Source: Pristiophorus japonicus
Taxonomy: Eukaryota
Direction: 5' to 3'
DNA: 64,000 nucleotides
NCBI RefSeq assembly: GCF_044704955.1
Contig: NC_091977.1
Span: 12,462,001 to 12,526,000, forward strand
Notes under the pieces: model-generated
The model's database searches: none
Told to the model about the DNA's origin: nothing
Seen by the model: only the letters and a program-made list of their open reading frames with translations
In this document: piece by piece, positions 37,701-51,684 of the stretch
Numbering within the stretch: position 1 is the stretch's first letter
Layout of the letters: every line of letters starts with the position of its first letter
Program-made: the position numbers and the translations under genes

Positions 37701-38094
37701 TGAGTTCTAAATTTCTCCCAGTCCCCAGGTTCGCTGCTATTTCTGGCCAATTTGTATGCCACTTCCTTGGCTTTAATACTATCCCTGATTTTCCTTGATA
37801 GCCACGGTTGAGCCACCTTCCCTTTTTTATTTTTACGCCAGACAGGAATGTACAATTATTGTAGTTCATCCATGCGGTCTCTAAATGTCTGCCATTGCCC
37901 ATCCACAGTCAACCCCTTAAGTATCATTCGCCAATCTATCCTAGCCAATTCATGCCTCATACCTTCAAAGTTACCCTTCTTTAATTTCTGGACCATGGTC
38001 TCTGAATTAACTGTTTCATTCTCCATCCTAATGCAGAATTCCACCATATTATGGTCACTCTTCCCCAACGGGCCTCGCACAACGAGACTGCTAA
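34751..38094 (-). mobile_element. CR1 LINE of a second subfamily ((CATAGAAA)n tail on +), with a 635-aa open RT frame at 35948-37855
   Basis: KSPGPDG, YRPVSLTS, LDFQKAFDKV, GVPQGSVLGP, FADDTK; nested in the plus-strand CR1. Confidence 0.92.
34762..35759. mobile_element. Non-autonomous TIR element (Harbinger-type MITE), 998 bp
   Basis: TIRs GGGCCCAAATTTCCACA / TGTGGAAACTTGGGCCC (1 mismatch); inserted in the CR1 tail repeat; CpG-rich, with three ~30-bp ccccgcgggaacgaa units at ~35150-35245. Confidence 0.85.
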
Positions 38095-39532
38095 TTAATG
38101 TAACGCCTCTGTTTAAAAAAGGGGGCAGACAAAAGGCAGGTAACTATAGGCCGGTTAGTTTAACATCTGTAGTGGGGAAAATGCTTGAAACTATCATTCA
38201 GGAAGAAATAGCGGGACATCTAGATAGGAATAGTGCAATTAAGCAGACGCAGCATGGATTCATGAAGGGGAAATCATGTTTAACTAATTTACTGGAATTC
38301 TTTGAGGATATAACGAGCATGGTGGATAGATGTGTACCGATGGATGTGGTGTATTTAGATTTCCAAAAGGGATTCGATAAAGTGCCACACAAAAGGTTAC
38401 TGCAGAAGATAGAGGTACGCGGAGTCAGAGGAAATGTATTAGCATGGATAGAGAATTGGCTGGCGAACAGAAAGCAGAGAGTTGGGATAAATGGGTCCTT
38501 TTCAGGTTGGAAATCGGTGGTTAGTGGTGTTCCACAGGGATCGGTGCTGGGACCACAACTGTTTACAATATACATAGATGACCTGGAAGAGGGGACAGAG
38601 TGTAGTGTAACAAAATTTGCAGATGACACAAAGATTAGTGGGAAAGCGGGTTGTGTAGAGGACTCAGAGAGGCTGCAAAGAGATTTGGATAGGTTAAGCG
38701 AATGGGCTGAGGTTTGGCAGATGGAATACAATGTCGGAAAGTGTGATGTCATCCACCTTGGGAAAAAAAACAGTAAAAGGGAATATTATTTGAATGGGGA
38801 GAAATTACAACATGCTGAGGTGCAGCGGGACCTAGGGGTCTTTGTGCATGAATCCCATAAAGTTAGTTTGCAGGTGCAGCAGGTAATCAGAAGGCGAATG
38901 GAATGTTAGCCTTCATTGCGAGAGGGATGGAGTACAAAAGCAGGGAGGTCCTGCTGCAACTGTATAGGATATTGGTCAGGCCACACCTGGAGTACTGCGT
39001 GCAGTTTTGGTCACCTTGATCAAGGAAGGATATACTGGCTTTGGAAGGGTTACAGAGACGATTCACTAGGCTGATTCCGGAGATGAGGGGGTTACCTTAT
39101 GATGATAGATTGAGTAGACTGGGTCTTTACTCGTTGGAGTTCAGAAGGATGAGGGGTGATCTTATAGAAACATTTAAAATAATGAAAGGGATAGACAAGA
39201 TAGAGGCGGAAAGGTTGTTTCCACTGGTCGGGGAGACTAGAACTAGGGGGCACAGCCTCAAAATACGGGGGAGCCAATTTAAAACCGAGTTGAGAAGGAA
39301 TTTCTTCTCCCAGAGGGTTGTGAATCCGTGGAATTCTCTGTCCAAGGAAGCAGTTGAGGCGAGCTCATTGAATGTATTCAAGTCACAGATAGATAGATTT
39401 TTAACCAATAAGGGAATTACGGGTTACGGGGAGCGGGCGGGTAAGTGGATCAGCCATGGTCTTATTGAATGGCGGAGCAGGCTCGAGGGGCTAGATGGCC
39501 TACTCCTGTTCCTAATACTTATGTTCTTATGT

Positions 39533-42500
39533 AATAACAAGGCCAGCATGAAAGCTGAATGCGAGGTGTATTCGGAACCCAGGAGAGGGCTCTGAGCTAG
39601 TTAGAGTGGGTGAGAGCTCAGATGAACAGGACCCCAAGAAAGAATTCAAAAGGCAGGAGGTAACAGAGCAGAGTAGCACTGGGGTAAGTGTAAACCACAA
39701 GGTGATAGGAAGGGACAATATGTATGAATATAAAAGGGCTGTAGGAGGGGTCAAAACTAAAAATCATGCTTTAAAAACTAGTAATAAAACACTCTACCTG
39801 AACGCACGCAGCATTTGAAATAAAGTAAATGAGTTGATGGCACAAATCATTACAAATGGGTATGATTTGGTGGCCATTACAGAAATGTGGTTGCAGGGTG
39901 GCCAAGACTGGGAATTAAACATACAGGGGTATCTTACAATTTGGAAAGATAGACAAGAAGGGAAAGGAGGTGGGGTAGTTCTGTTGATAAAGGATGCTAT
40001 CAGGACAGTTGTGAGAGATGATATTGGCTCTAATGAACCAAATGTTGAATCATTGTGGGTGGAGATTGAAGATAGTAAGGGGAAAAAGTCACTGGTGGGC
40101 GTAGTTTATAGGCCTCCAAATAATAACTTCACGGTGGGGCGGACAATAATCAAGGAAATAATGGAGGCATGTGAAAAAGGAACGGCAGTAATCATGGGGG
40201 ATTTTAACCTACATATTGATTGGTCAAATCAAATCACATGGGGTAGCCTTGAGGAGGAATTCATAGAATGCATACGGGATTGTTTCTTAGAACAGTATGT
40301 TACAGAACCTACAAGGGAGCAAGCTATCTTAGATCTGGTCTGGTGTAATGAGGCAGGAATAATAAACGATCCCCTAGTAAAAGATCCTCTCGGAATGAGT
40401 GATCAACAGGAGTGGTTTTATTTATAATACAGATTGAGGGTGAGGAAGTAGTGTCTCAAACAAGCTTACTATGCTTAAACAAAGGGGACTACAGTGAGAT
40501 GAGGGCAAAGTTCGCTGAAGTAGACTGGAAACACAGACTAAACGGTGGCACAATTGAGGAACAGTGGAGGACTTTTAAGGAGCTCTTTCAAAGTGTGCTC
40601 AAAAATATATTCCAGTGAAAAAGAAGGGCGGTAAGAGAAGGGATAACCAGCCATGGATAACCAAGGAAATAAAGGAGAGTATCAAATTAAAAACCAATGC
40701 GTATAAGGTGGCCAAGGTTAGTGGGAAACTAGAAGATTGTGAAAATTTTAAACGACAGCAAAGAATGACTCAGAAAGCAATAAAGAAAGGAAAGGTAGAT
40801 TACGAAAGTAAACTTGCGCAAAACATAAAAACAGATAGTAAAAGCTTTTACCGATATATAAAACGGAAAAGAGTGACTAAAGTAAATGTTGGTCCCTTAG
40901 AAGATGAGAAGGAGGATTTAATAATGGGAAATGTGGAAATGGCTGAGACCTTAAACGATTATTTTGCTTCGATCTTCACAGTGTAAGACACAAAAACCAT
41001 GCCAAAAATTGCTGGCCAGGGAATGTGGGAAGGGAGGATCTTGAGATAATCACGATCACTAGGGGGGTAGTGCTGGACATGCTAATGGGACTCAAGGTGG
41101 CCAAGTCCCCTGGTCCTGATGAAATGTATCCCAGGGTATTAAAAGAGATGGCGGAAGTTATAGCAGATGCATTCGTTATAATCTACCAAAATTCTCTGGA
41201 CTCTGGGGAGGTACCAGCGGATTGGAAAGCAGCTAATGTAACGCTTCTGTTTAAAAAGGGGGGCAGACAAAAGGCAGGTAACTATAGGCCAGTTAGTTTA
41301 ACATCTATAGTGAGGAAAATGCTTGAAGCTATCATTAAGGAAGAAATAGCGGGACATCTAGATAGGAATAGTGCAATCAAGCAGATGCAACATGGATTCA
41401 TGAAGGGGAAATCATGTTTAACTAATTTACTGGAATTCTTTGAGGATGGTGGATAGAGGTGTACCGATGGATGTGGTGTATTTAGATTTCCAAAAAGCAT
41501 TCGATAAGGTGCCACACAAAAGGTTACTGCAGAAGATAAAGGTACGCGGAGTCAGAGGAAATGTATTAGCATGGATAGAGAATTGGCTGGCTAACAGAAA
41601 GCAGAGAGTTGGGATAAATGGGTCCTTTTCGGTTTGGAAATTGGTGGTTAGTGGTGTGCCACAGGGATCGGTGCTGGGACCACAACTGTTTACAATATAC
41701 ATAGATGACCTGGAAGAGGGTACAGAGTGTAATGTAACAAAATTTGCAGATGACACAAAGATTAGTGGGAAAGCGGGTTGTGTAGAGGACACAGAGAGGC
41801 TGCAAGGAGATTTAGATAGGTTAAGCGAATGGGCTAAGTTTTGGCAGATGGAATACAATGTTGGAAAATGTGAGGTCATCCACCTTGGAAAAAAAAACAG
41901 TAAAAGGGAATATTATTTGAATGGGGAGAAATTACAACATGCTGCGGTGCAGAGGGACCTGGGGGTCCTTGTGCATGAATCCCAAAAAGTTAGTTTGCAG
42001 GTGCAGCAGGTAATCAGGAAGGCGAATGGAATATTGACCTTCATTGCGAGAGGGATGGAGTACAAAAGCAGGGAGGTCCTGCTGCAACTGTATAGGGTAT
42101 TGGTGAGGCCGCAGCTGGAGGACTGCATGCAGTTTTGGTCACCTCACTTAAGGAAGGATATACTAGCTTTGGAGGGGGTAAAGAGACGATTCACTAGGCT
42201 GATTCTGGAAATGAGAGGGTTACCTTATGATGATAGATTGAGTAGACTGGGTCTTTACTCGTTGGCGTTCAAAAGGATGAGGGGTGATCTTATAGAAATA
42301 TTTAAAATAATGAAAGGGATAGACAAGATGGATGCAGAGAGGTTGTTTCCACTGGTCGGGGAGACTAGAACTAGGGGGCACAGCCTCAAAATACGGGGGA
42401 GCCAATTTAATGCCGAGTTGAGAAGGAATTTCTTCTCCCAGAGGGTTGTGAATCTGTGGAATTCTCTGCCCAAGGAAGCAGTTGAGGCTAGCTCATTGAA

Positions 42501-42692
42501 TGTATTCAAGTCACAGATAGATAGATTTTTAACCAATAAGGGAATTAAGGGTTACGGGGAGCGGGCAGGTAAGTGGAGCTGAGTCCACGGCCAGATCAGA
42601 CATGATCTTGTTGAATGGTGGAGCAGGCTCGAGGGGGTAGATGACCTACTCCTGTTCCTAATTCTTATGTTCTTATGTTATGTTCTTATGTA
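39533..42692 (+). mobile_element. CR1 LINE, full ORF2 span with stops and frameshifts, head-to-tail with the previous copy
   Basis: LYLNARS through GERAGKWS*; (TTCTTATG)n tail. Confidence 0.92.
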
Positions 42693-43147
42693 TATGAATG
42701 TAAGGAGCCACCAGCATAATCTATATGTGGGGGCAGAGAATGGAGTGGTCATGGACTCACAAACAGAAACCACCAGCACCTCTACTCCCAACAAAACACC
42801 ACCAACTCATCCAAGATGGAAACGACCCTCCAAGGGTCAACCAGATAGAACTAAGCCCAGAGCACTGTCAATGCATGAAGGCGATTTGCACTAAGGACTA
42901 GGGGGAGAGTGATGTCACGTATCACGCATGTTTACTGCTTTTACTATTACATATGATGTGCCACCAGAGGGCACTGCAGTGGGAGACTTGTAGGTTACCT
43001 GTACAGGTGTGCCTGGCCTAGTATAAAAGGCAGGCCACCAGGTGTGGTCCTCACTCTGGAGTTATATTAAATGGACTCAGTTTACTAAAGTTCAAGTGCA
43101 ATACATCGCCTCGTGGAGTCATTATCAGAGCATCCAAAGACATAACA
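42693..43147 (+). mobile_element. 3' end of an LTR element (internal stub, PPT, LTR 42913-43147)
   Basis: PPT agggggagag, then TG...CA with TATAAAA and ATTAAA; the stub resembles 59475-59610. Confidence 0.7.
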
Positions 43148-46100
43148 CTCCCTTCTTTGGCTACGACAGTGCCAGCAAGCCATTTGGGACCATGTCCATA
43201 TTTGAGTATAAATACAGGGTCATTGACTTCAATATCACGTGACAAATTTGCGCGATCATGGTATATGTTTTGTTGATGTTGCCTGCCCTCGACATGATCA
43301 TGGAGATCAGGGTGGACTAGAGAGAGCCTTGTTTTGAGTGCCCTTTTCATGAGCAGTTCGGCAGGGGGAACCGCGGTGAGCGAGTGGGGTCTTTTGCGGT
43401 AGCTGAGCAGGACTCGGGACAGGCGGGTCTGCAGGGAGCCTTCCGACACACGTTTCAAGCTTTGCTTGATGGTTTGGACTGCCCGTTCTGCCTGGCCGTT
43501 AGGTGCGGGCTTGAACGGGGCAGATGTGACGTGCTTGATCCTATTGCGGGTGATGAATTTCTTGAATTCAGTGCTGGTAAAGCACGGCCCATTGTCGCTG
43601 ACAAGGACATCAGGCAGGCCGTGTGTTGGCAAACATGGCTCGTAGACTTTCGATGGTGGCAGTGGACATGCTTACAGACATTATTACACACTCAATCCAT
43701 TTTGAATAAGCATCCACAACAACCAAAAACATTTTGCCTAGAAACGGGCCAGCGAAGTCAACGTGGATCCTAGACCACGGTTTGGAGGGCCATGACCACA
43801 AACTTAGTGCTGCCTCCCTAGGTGCATTGCTCAGTTGAGAGCAAGTGTTGCATTGGCGCACGCAAGACTCCAAATCTGAGTCGATGCCAGGCCATCACAC
43901 ATGGGATCTGGCTATAGCTTTCATCATTACTATGCCTGGGTGGGTACTGTGTAATGTTGCGTATGAATGTTTCCCTGCCTTTCTTGGGCAAAACCACACG
44001 ATTACCCCACAAAAGACAATCCGCCTATATGGACATTTCGTCTTTGCGCCACTGGAACGGCTGGATCTCTTCATGCATCTCCGCTGGGATGCTGGACCAG
44101 CTCCCATGGAGGACACAGTTTTTTTTACAAGGGACAGTAAAGGATCCTGGCTGGTCCAGGTCCTGATCTGGCGGGTCGTAATGGGTGACATTTCGTTTTC
44201 GAATGCATCTATCACCAAGAGCAAGTCTGCAGGCTGTGCCATTTCCACCCCGGTGATAGACAATGGTAGCCGACTGAGCGCATCAGTGCAGTTCTCTGTG
44301 CCTGGCCTGTGGCGAATTACATAGTTATTTGCAGACAGCGTGAGCCCCATCTTTGGATGCGAGCAGAGGCAGTGGTAATAATACATTTGCTCTCTGAGAA
44401 AAGCAATATGAGTGGCTTATGGTCAGTTTCTAACTCGAACTTAAGCCCAAGCAGATACTGGTGCATTTTTTTCACCATATAACATATAAATGCATGCCAG
44501 AGCTTCCTTTTCAATCATGCTGTAGGCCTTTTCGGCCTTGGACAAACTCCTGGACGCATCAGCGATTGGTTGCAATGTTCCCGATTTGTTTGCTTGTTGT
44601 AACACACACCCGACCCCGTACAAAGACACATCGCAAGCTAGCACTAAATGTTGACATGGGTCATACAGAACAAGCAGTTTGTTGGAACATAACAGATTTC
44701 TGGCTCTATCAAAAGCAGCCTCTTGTGATTTCCCCCATACCCAGTCAACTCCCTTGCGTAGCAACACATGTAGAGGTTCTAGCAAGGTGCTTAAACCAGG
44801 TAGGAAATTACTAAAATAATTGAGGAGTCCCAGGAACGACCGCAGCTCCGTCACGTTCTGTAGTCTTGGCGCGTTCTTGATGGTCTCTGTCTTGGTGTCG
44901 GTGGGTCTGATGCCGTCTGCTGCAATTCCTCTCCCTAAGAACTCGACCTCTGGTGCCAGGAAAACACACTTTGAGCGTTTCAACATGAGTCCCATATGAT
45001 CGAGCCGACTTAGAACCTCCTCCAGGTTCTGCAAGTGTTCGATGGTGTCCCGACCTGTGATCAATTTGTCATCCTGGAAAAGCACGGTGCACGGAACCGA
45101 CTTTAGCAGACTCTCCATGTTCCTTTCAACAATAGCCACGGCCGATCAAATCCCAAATGGGCATCTATTGTAGATGAACAGACTTTTGTGCGTGTTGATG
45201 CAGGTGAGGCCTTTCGAAGATTCCGCCAGCTCCTGCGTCATGTAGGCCGAGGTCAGTCCAGCTTGGTGAACGTCTTCCCTCCTGCCAGCATCGCAAATAG
45301 GTCGTCTGCCTTGAGTAGCGGGTAATGGTCCTGCAGCGAAAAACAGTTAAACGTTACCTTATAGTCCTCACAAATTCTGACTGTGCCATCGCCCTTGAGA
45401 ACCGAAACAATCAGACTGGACCACTCGTTGAACTCAACTGGCACGATGATGCCCTCTCATTGCAACCTGTCCAGCTCGATCTCCACTTTCTCTCGCATCA
45501 TGTATGGCGCCGTACGTGCCTTACATGACGATGGTTGGGTCGTGTATAGGGAACCAAGTGGTTCTGCACCTTCGCCGCAGAAAAATTTCCAATGCCTGGC
45601 TCAAACAACGACAGGAACTTGCTCAAAACCTGGGCACATGAGCCGTCGTCGACGGACGAGAGCGCTCGGATGTTGTCCCAGCAGATTTTTCCCAGCCAGC
45701 TTCTGCCGAACAGTGTGGGGCCATCTCCTGGTACAATCCACAGTGGTAGTTCGTGCACCGTTCAATCATTGGAGACTTTTACTGCTGCACTGCCAATTAC
45801 AGGGATCAGCTCTTTAGTGTAAGTTCTCAGCTTGGCAGGAATAGGGCTCAGCTTGGGCCTTTGTGCCTTGTTGCACCACAGCCTCTCGAAGGCCTTTTTG
45901 CTCATGATAGACTGACTTGCACCCATGACCAATTCCATGGATACTGGAATTCCGTTTTAACATGATCGATGGATATTTCATGGTGAAGGTGTGTACCCCA
46001 TACACTTCTGCCTTCTCGGTTCGAGTCTCTAGTTCAGTTTGATCCGCCATGGATCGGTCTTCCTCTGCAACGTGGTGGTTTGCAGGGTTTGCAGCTCGTC

Positions 46101-47126
46101 TGCACACTCGCTGGAGGTGTCCCATTGTTCCACAGTCTTTGCACTCATAGTGTTTGAAGCGGTATTGATGGGCTCGATGATCACCTCCGCAGCACCAACA
46201 AGATATTAATTGCCTCGCATTCACCCTTGATGGCAGACTCTGAGTCATCTGAGGTCTTGCAGCTGCGGGCGTGTACGTTCTGCCAAATGCATTCCTGCCT
46301 GAAGACGACGTTACTTTGTGTACAGGACTTGCTGATGCAGCTTTATGCTGTGAAATTTGTTTGGTGTTATCGCTGATGGACATAAATGCTTGGCTATCGT
46401 TATGGCTTTGCTCAGGTTCGGTGTTTCAACAGTCATTAGTTTGCGAAGGATAACCTCATGGCCAATGCCAAGCACAAAAAAATCTCTTAGCATTTGCTCC
46501 AGGAATCCACCGAATTTGCAGTATCTTGCAAGGCGCCTTAGTTCGGCGACGTAGCTCGCTATTTTCTGGCCTTCAGACCGTTGACATGTATACAATCGAT
46601 ACCTTGCCATCAGAATGCTCTCCTTCGGGTTTAGGTGCTCCCGGACCAAAGTACACATTTCTTCATTACGATTTGGCTGTTGGTTTCACTGGAGCAAGAC
46701 GATTCTTCATGAGGCCATAGGCTGTTGCCCTGCAGAAGGTGAGCAAGATTGCCCTTCATTTGGCTGCGTTCTCATTCCCTTCCAGCCCGTTGGCCACAAA
46801 GTATTGGTCGAGCTGCTCCACGAAGGCTTCCCAATTGTCGCCTTCTAAGAATTTCTCCAGGATACCAACAGTTCTCTGCATTTCCGCGTGATGGTTCGTT
46901 ATCTATTACTCGTCACCCAGTTGTTGTATCTCAAATAAAGCAACGTGACAGAGTACTGTAGACTTGAATAAGTGTGACCTTAGTCTCTTTATTCTGACTC
47001 CAGAGTGCTGACACAGCATGGGAGACCTGCTTATATGCAGTGCTTCCAAGGGATGCTGTGATCCCTTGGGTCTCCAACAGATGCGCCCTCTGGTGGCGGT
47101 AGAATATTGGTTACAAGGTGTTGCAT
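43148..47126 (-). mobile_element. Gypsy retrotransposon (5' LTR, PBS, gag, PR, RT, RNase H, IN), decayed, 3'-truncated
   Basis: FQDD RT motif, LACDVS.YGVG, ETDHKPL, RIHVDFAGP, VSDNGPCF, NGQAER; PBS-like site at ~46910-46920; partial LTR from 46922. Confidence 0.92.
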
Positions 47127-47287
47127 TTGATATCGCTCGCGGTAATGCCCATTTTCAAAAATGGAAACTAGGTGTTTTGAGAATGGGTGAGAAGCCGGCG
47201 ATCAGAAAACCCTTTTTTATCGCCCATGCCGGAAATAACGCCCATTTTTGTGCGATAAGCACAAAAGTGGTGGTTCTAGCCCACAGA

Positions 47288-48120
47288 TTTATTTTTCCAT
47301 CCTTACAAGTCAAACTTAACCACTGGTTTTCTGTTTGAAGAAGATACCTTCCCTCTCGAACAGAACTTTCCAAACTTGTTGTCGAACGTAGACTCATTCT
47401 AGGCTGAGCCTGAGGAGAGTTTTTCTCCAATGGCAGCCCTTGATCTACATTTGAACTCTCTACAACTTCAGATGGTTTGTCTACCTGACTCGGACTTGGA
47501 TTTAAATTCTGACTTTCTCTTGGAATTGTTTCTCGTACATCTGATGTAGGATTTGCTACTGATACTCTTCTTGTAACAAGACAATCTGAATCATCAGAAA
47601 TAATCGAATCATTCCAACTTTCAACTCCTTCCACATCTGTAGTTGATCAATGTGAACAAACCTAACCTTTCCATGATCAAACATCTTGACCAAATATGTG
47701 GGAGGGCCACATATCTTCACTACTCTTCCTGGTAACCACTTTAACCATTTATGGTGATGGTTCTTCACTCTAACCTTCTGATTCAATTTCACACTTCTCT
47801 CTCTTACTCTAGCTCTATCATGATTATCTTTCTGTCTTAATTGTTTCTCTTCTACTGACTGTGCTGAGTTTGGCTTTAACAATGAGAACCTGCTTCGTGG
47901 CTGTCATTTGAGAAACAACTCTGCTGGTTTTCTACCAGTAGTTATATGAGGAGTATTATGATAAGTAATCAGAAAATTAGCCAATGTGTGGTCCAATGAC
48001 AACTGCCATTTCTTTGGATTTGGACACAACATTTGCTTGATGAGGGCACGTTTTGCAATTTGTCCTATGCACTCTGCTGCACCATTTGAAGCAGGGTGGT
48101 ATGGTGGAACTTTGGTATGT
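47288..48120 (-). mobile_element. Gypsy integrase C-terminal fragment
   Basis: PYHPASNGAAE, YHNTPH.TTG..PAEL, KW.PG.VVK..GP.TY; homologous to 2598-2946. Confidence 0.85.
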
Positions 48121-48445
48121 AAGCGTATGGAGGGAGTCATGGGAGTGCCTGGGTGCAGCTGTGCACCTTTGTGCCGTGCTTGTCAGTGTGCTGCAAAATA
48201 CTGACAACATAACTGTCAAAATGATTGTGAAAATGGTCCTTTAAGGAAACTGTCTGATGACATGTCATCAAATAACGTCATCAAACCCGCTTTTTTTTAA
48301 TTGGCCAGGAACCTCGCAGGCCCCAATAAGCCTCATCAACGTAAAATTATTTTTAGAGAGTGGGAAGGAGCTGGAAGTGGGGTCCCAATCGACCACCTAT
48401 TTCGCCACACTGAGCCCGCCTCGGTAGGTGAAATCACGGCTTAGG

Positions 48446-49812
48446 TTCAAGATTGGGTAAGGCCCATTTTAACGGGATGAGACAGAGACTGTCCACAGTA
48501 AACTGGGAAAATCTGTTAACGGATAAAATGACAGAAGACCAGTGGGGGATGGTCCAAAAAGAATTTAAGATGATACAGAACCAGTTTATACCCCTGAGGG
48601 GCAAGAACTGTACTTGCCCAAAAAACAGCCATTGACGACTAAAGAGGACAGCATAAAACTAAAAGAAAAAGCGTACAACAATGCAAAGTAGCAAAGTAGA
48701 TGCTGGCAAATGGGAAAGATACAAAGAACAGCAAAGGGTCACAAAACAGATAGTAAGAGCTACAACAACGGAATACGAGAAGAAACTTGTAAGGGAAATC
48801 TAAATCAACACAAAGAATTTTTACAATTACATTAGGAAAAAGAGGGCAGTCAGGAGCAATGTTGGCCCCATAAAAACTGAAAGTGGTGATACTGTCAATG
48901 ATGAGGAAATGGTGGACATGTTGAATAATTACTTTGTGTCAGTATTTACAGCAGAAGAGGATGATAGCATGCCAGAAATCTCAAGTGAACTAATATTGAA
49001 TCAGGGATAGGGATTCAATAAAATTAACGGTAAGTAAAATAACAGTAATGAAGAAAATAATGGCACTGAGGAGTGACAAATCCCCAGGGCCAGATGGTTT
49101 CCATCCCAGGGTTTAAAATAAGTCAGTGAGCACATTGCAGATGCCCTAACTTTAATCCTCCAAAGTTCTCTCGATTCAGGAACTGTTCCTTTAGATTGGA
49201 AAATTGCGTACGTCACTCTGCTAATTAAGAATGGTAAGAGAGGAAAACCGGGGAATTATAGACCAGTTGGCCTAACATCTGATGTCGTGAAATTGCTAGG
49301 GTCTATAATTAAGTATAGGCTGACTGATCACCTCAAAAATTTTTAATTGACCAGAGAGATTTATCAGAATAAAACCCAGACTTCAAGGGTTAAGTTACGA
49401 GGAGAGATTACACAAATTATGGTTGTATTCTCGAATTTAGAAGGTAGACTGGTTTCATCAAAGTTTTCAAGATATTAAGGCGAACAGATAGGGTAGATAG
49501 AGAGAAACTATTTCCGCTGGTTGAGGATTCTAGGATTAGCGGGTGTAGACTAGAAATTAGAGCCAGACCTTTCAGGAATGAAATTAGGAAACACTTCGAC
49601 ACTCAAAGGGTGGTAAAAGTTTGGAACACTGTTCCGCTAATGACAATTGATGCTAGATCAATTGTTAATTTTAAATCGGATTTTGTTCGCTTTTTATTAA
49701 GGGATATGGACCAAAGGCCAATATATGGAGTTCGGTCACAGATCAACCATGATCTCAAAAAATGGCGGAACAGGCTCGACGGGCTCAATGGCCTGTTCCT
49801 ATATTCTATGTA
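48446..49812 (+). mobile_element. CR1 fragment with ~0.8 kb internal deletion (homologue of 2947-4355)
   Basis: ~49232-49340 matches ~2947-3055 and ~49357-49812 matches ~3878-4355. Confidence 0.85.
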
Positions 49813-50095
49813 TAAACCAGCGAAACCCCTTGACTAGATTCCAACCTTTAGCTCACTCCCAGGTATCCATTATTCTATATATAAAACATCTGAACCCCTC
49901 GATTAGAATCCAGTTTGTAACTTAATCCCAGGTATGCATGATTTTATATATAAACCATGCAAACCCCTCAATTAGATTCCAGCCTACAACTCACTCCCAG
50001 TTATCCATTATTCCATACAGAAATCACCTGAACCCCTCGATTAGATTCCAGCCTGTAACTCCCTCCACAGTGTCTGATGTCCATATATAAACTAT
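49813..50095. repeat. ~65-bp tandem repeat, copy B
   Basis: Same unit as 4356-4635. Confidence 0.85.
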
Positions 50096-51684
50096 CCCAA
50101 TCTGCCCATGTGATGTTATATCTGTTGTCACTATATAACAAGGGGGCAAAATTCATTTGGGGCGCTAAGTATTATCTTTTTGAACATTTAGCGCCTTGCA
50201 AGGTGGGTTGCAAAATTGTGGAAAATTGGGCACTTTCATCTTAAAATGAAGGGAGACAGTATCTGAGGCGCTTATGGCCTCAGTGGGGCACTGCAGGGGT
50301 GCTATTAACAGAGAGCTGCACCCAATTTCAGATGATTTTCATTCAGTGATAATCAGCCTCCTGCTCATTCCAGTTCTTAAAGGGGATGTCGTTTCAGGCA
50401 GCACCTGGTCATTTTCATCATTGCTGGAGTTCAAAGAGAGCTGGAAGGAAGTTCTGCGATGGCTGCTCCAATGCCTCTTAGATGAGCCACATGGGTCAAT
50501 GACCTGGGATTGGAGACATTGGTGGGGGCAGTAAAGAGAATGACAAATGCTCTGTTCCCTCTAGCTGGGAGAAGGCAGGTTTTTAGGCCCATGTGTGCAG
50601 AGAAGGCTGCAGAGGTGTCGGTCAGTGCCGTGGTCGACAGAAGCCCAACACCGTGCCGGAAGAAATTCAACGATATGATTCGGGTGGTCAAGGTGAGTAC
50701 ATGTTTACACAATTCTTACATTCCAACCTGAGCCTCAGTCTGTGCACACACTGCGAACCAGCACTTAACCCAGCAGGCAACCACCAACCATCTGTACCTA
50801 CCCACAGTCACATCCTCATTTCACTCCTTGCCTACGTTCTATTTAACCATGGCTGGCATATCTTCTACATACATAACTAGACACTTACTCACACAGATTC
50901 CTTTCTTTTGCAGGCCAAGATGGCACACAACAGAAGGGAGCAGCAGCAGACTGGAGGAGAGAAGCTGAACTGCACCAGCTGACTGACTTGGAGGAGCGAG
51001 TGCTGCGGCTTATTGGCCCGCTGGGTGTGGGCACTGTGGCTGGCGGAGACATCGAGCTCCCTGGGGGCAACAATGGTATCTTTATCCCCTCTTCTTATCT
51101 CACTTTCCTGTTACACCAGAAGGCCTTATCACTTTCCAGCTCCTCATACTGTCTGCCTTCCTTGCTCCATTCCTGCCCCCCTGCCCTCACCTTAATGCGA
51201 CTCTTGTGCCATTTATGTTTTCAGATAACCACGCAGCAAATGAGCAGTCTGTTCCTGAGCCCCCCCCCTAACTGAGTCACGAGCGAGAAGAGGGGGACGA
51301 GGATGAGGATGAGGAGCCAAGCACCGTATCACTGCTTCTCTCACCCACAGGCACTAGCTCAGATACTGGCATTACACGGTCCTTAGAGGTTAGGTTAGTA
51401 GAGGGGTCTGCACTGGGTGATGCTCCGGGGCCTAGCCGGCTGCAGCATAGTGAAAGGGAAAGGGAATCTCGGGAGCCATTTCCCCGGAGGGCAAGTTTGT
51501 ACATGAGTTCTTTGACACCGGACTCAGATGAGGACCTCGATGGAGAGGCGTTCACACAAAAGGTGATGACCATGCACTCCAACATAATAGGTGCAATGGG
51601 AAGGCCCGAGAGCCTGTCGGAAGTGGTAAGGAGCATTGTACATACCTCTGCGCACACCATGGAGCTCATCATTGCCAGTGTGCA

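Larger units (their letters stand above)
32700..39532 (+). mobile_element. CR1 LINE (esterase ORF1 + ORF2 with internal deletion), split at ~34750-38094
   Basis: ORF1 SGNH motifs at 32753-33459; ORF2 breaks at aaagccgctaat and resumes taatgtaacg at ~38096; tail cttatgttcttatg. Confidence 0.9.

Noticed and set aside
37848-38909. 353-aa ORF as a novel RT fusion gene
   Set aside because: Chance read-through from the antisense of one CR1 into the RT of the CR1 it interrupts.
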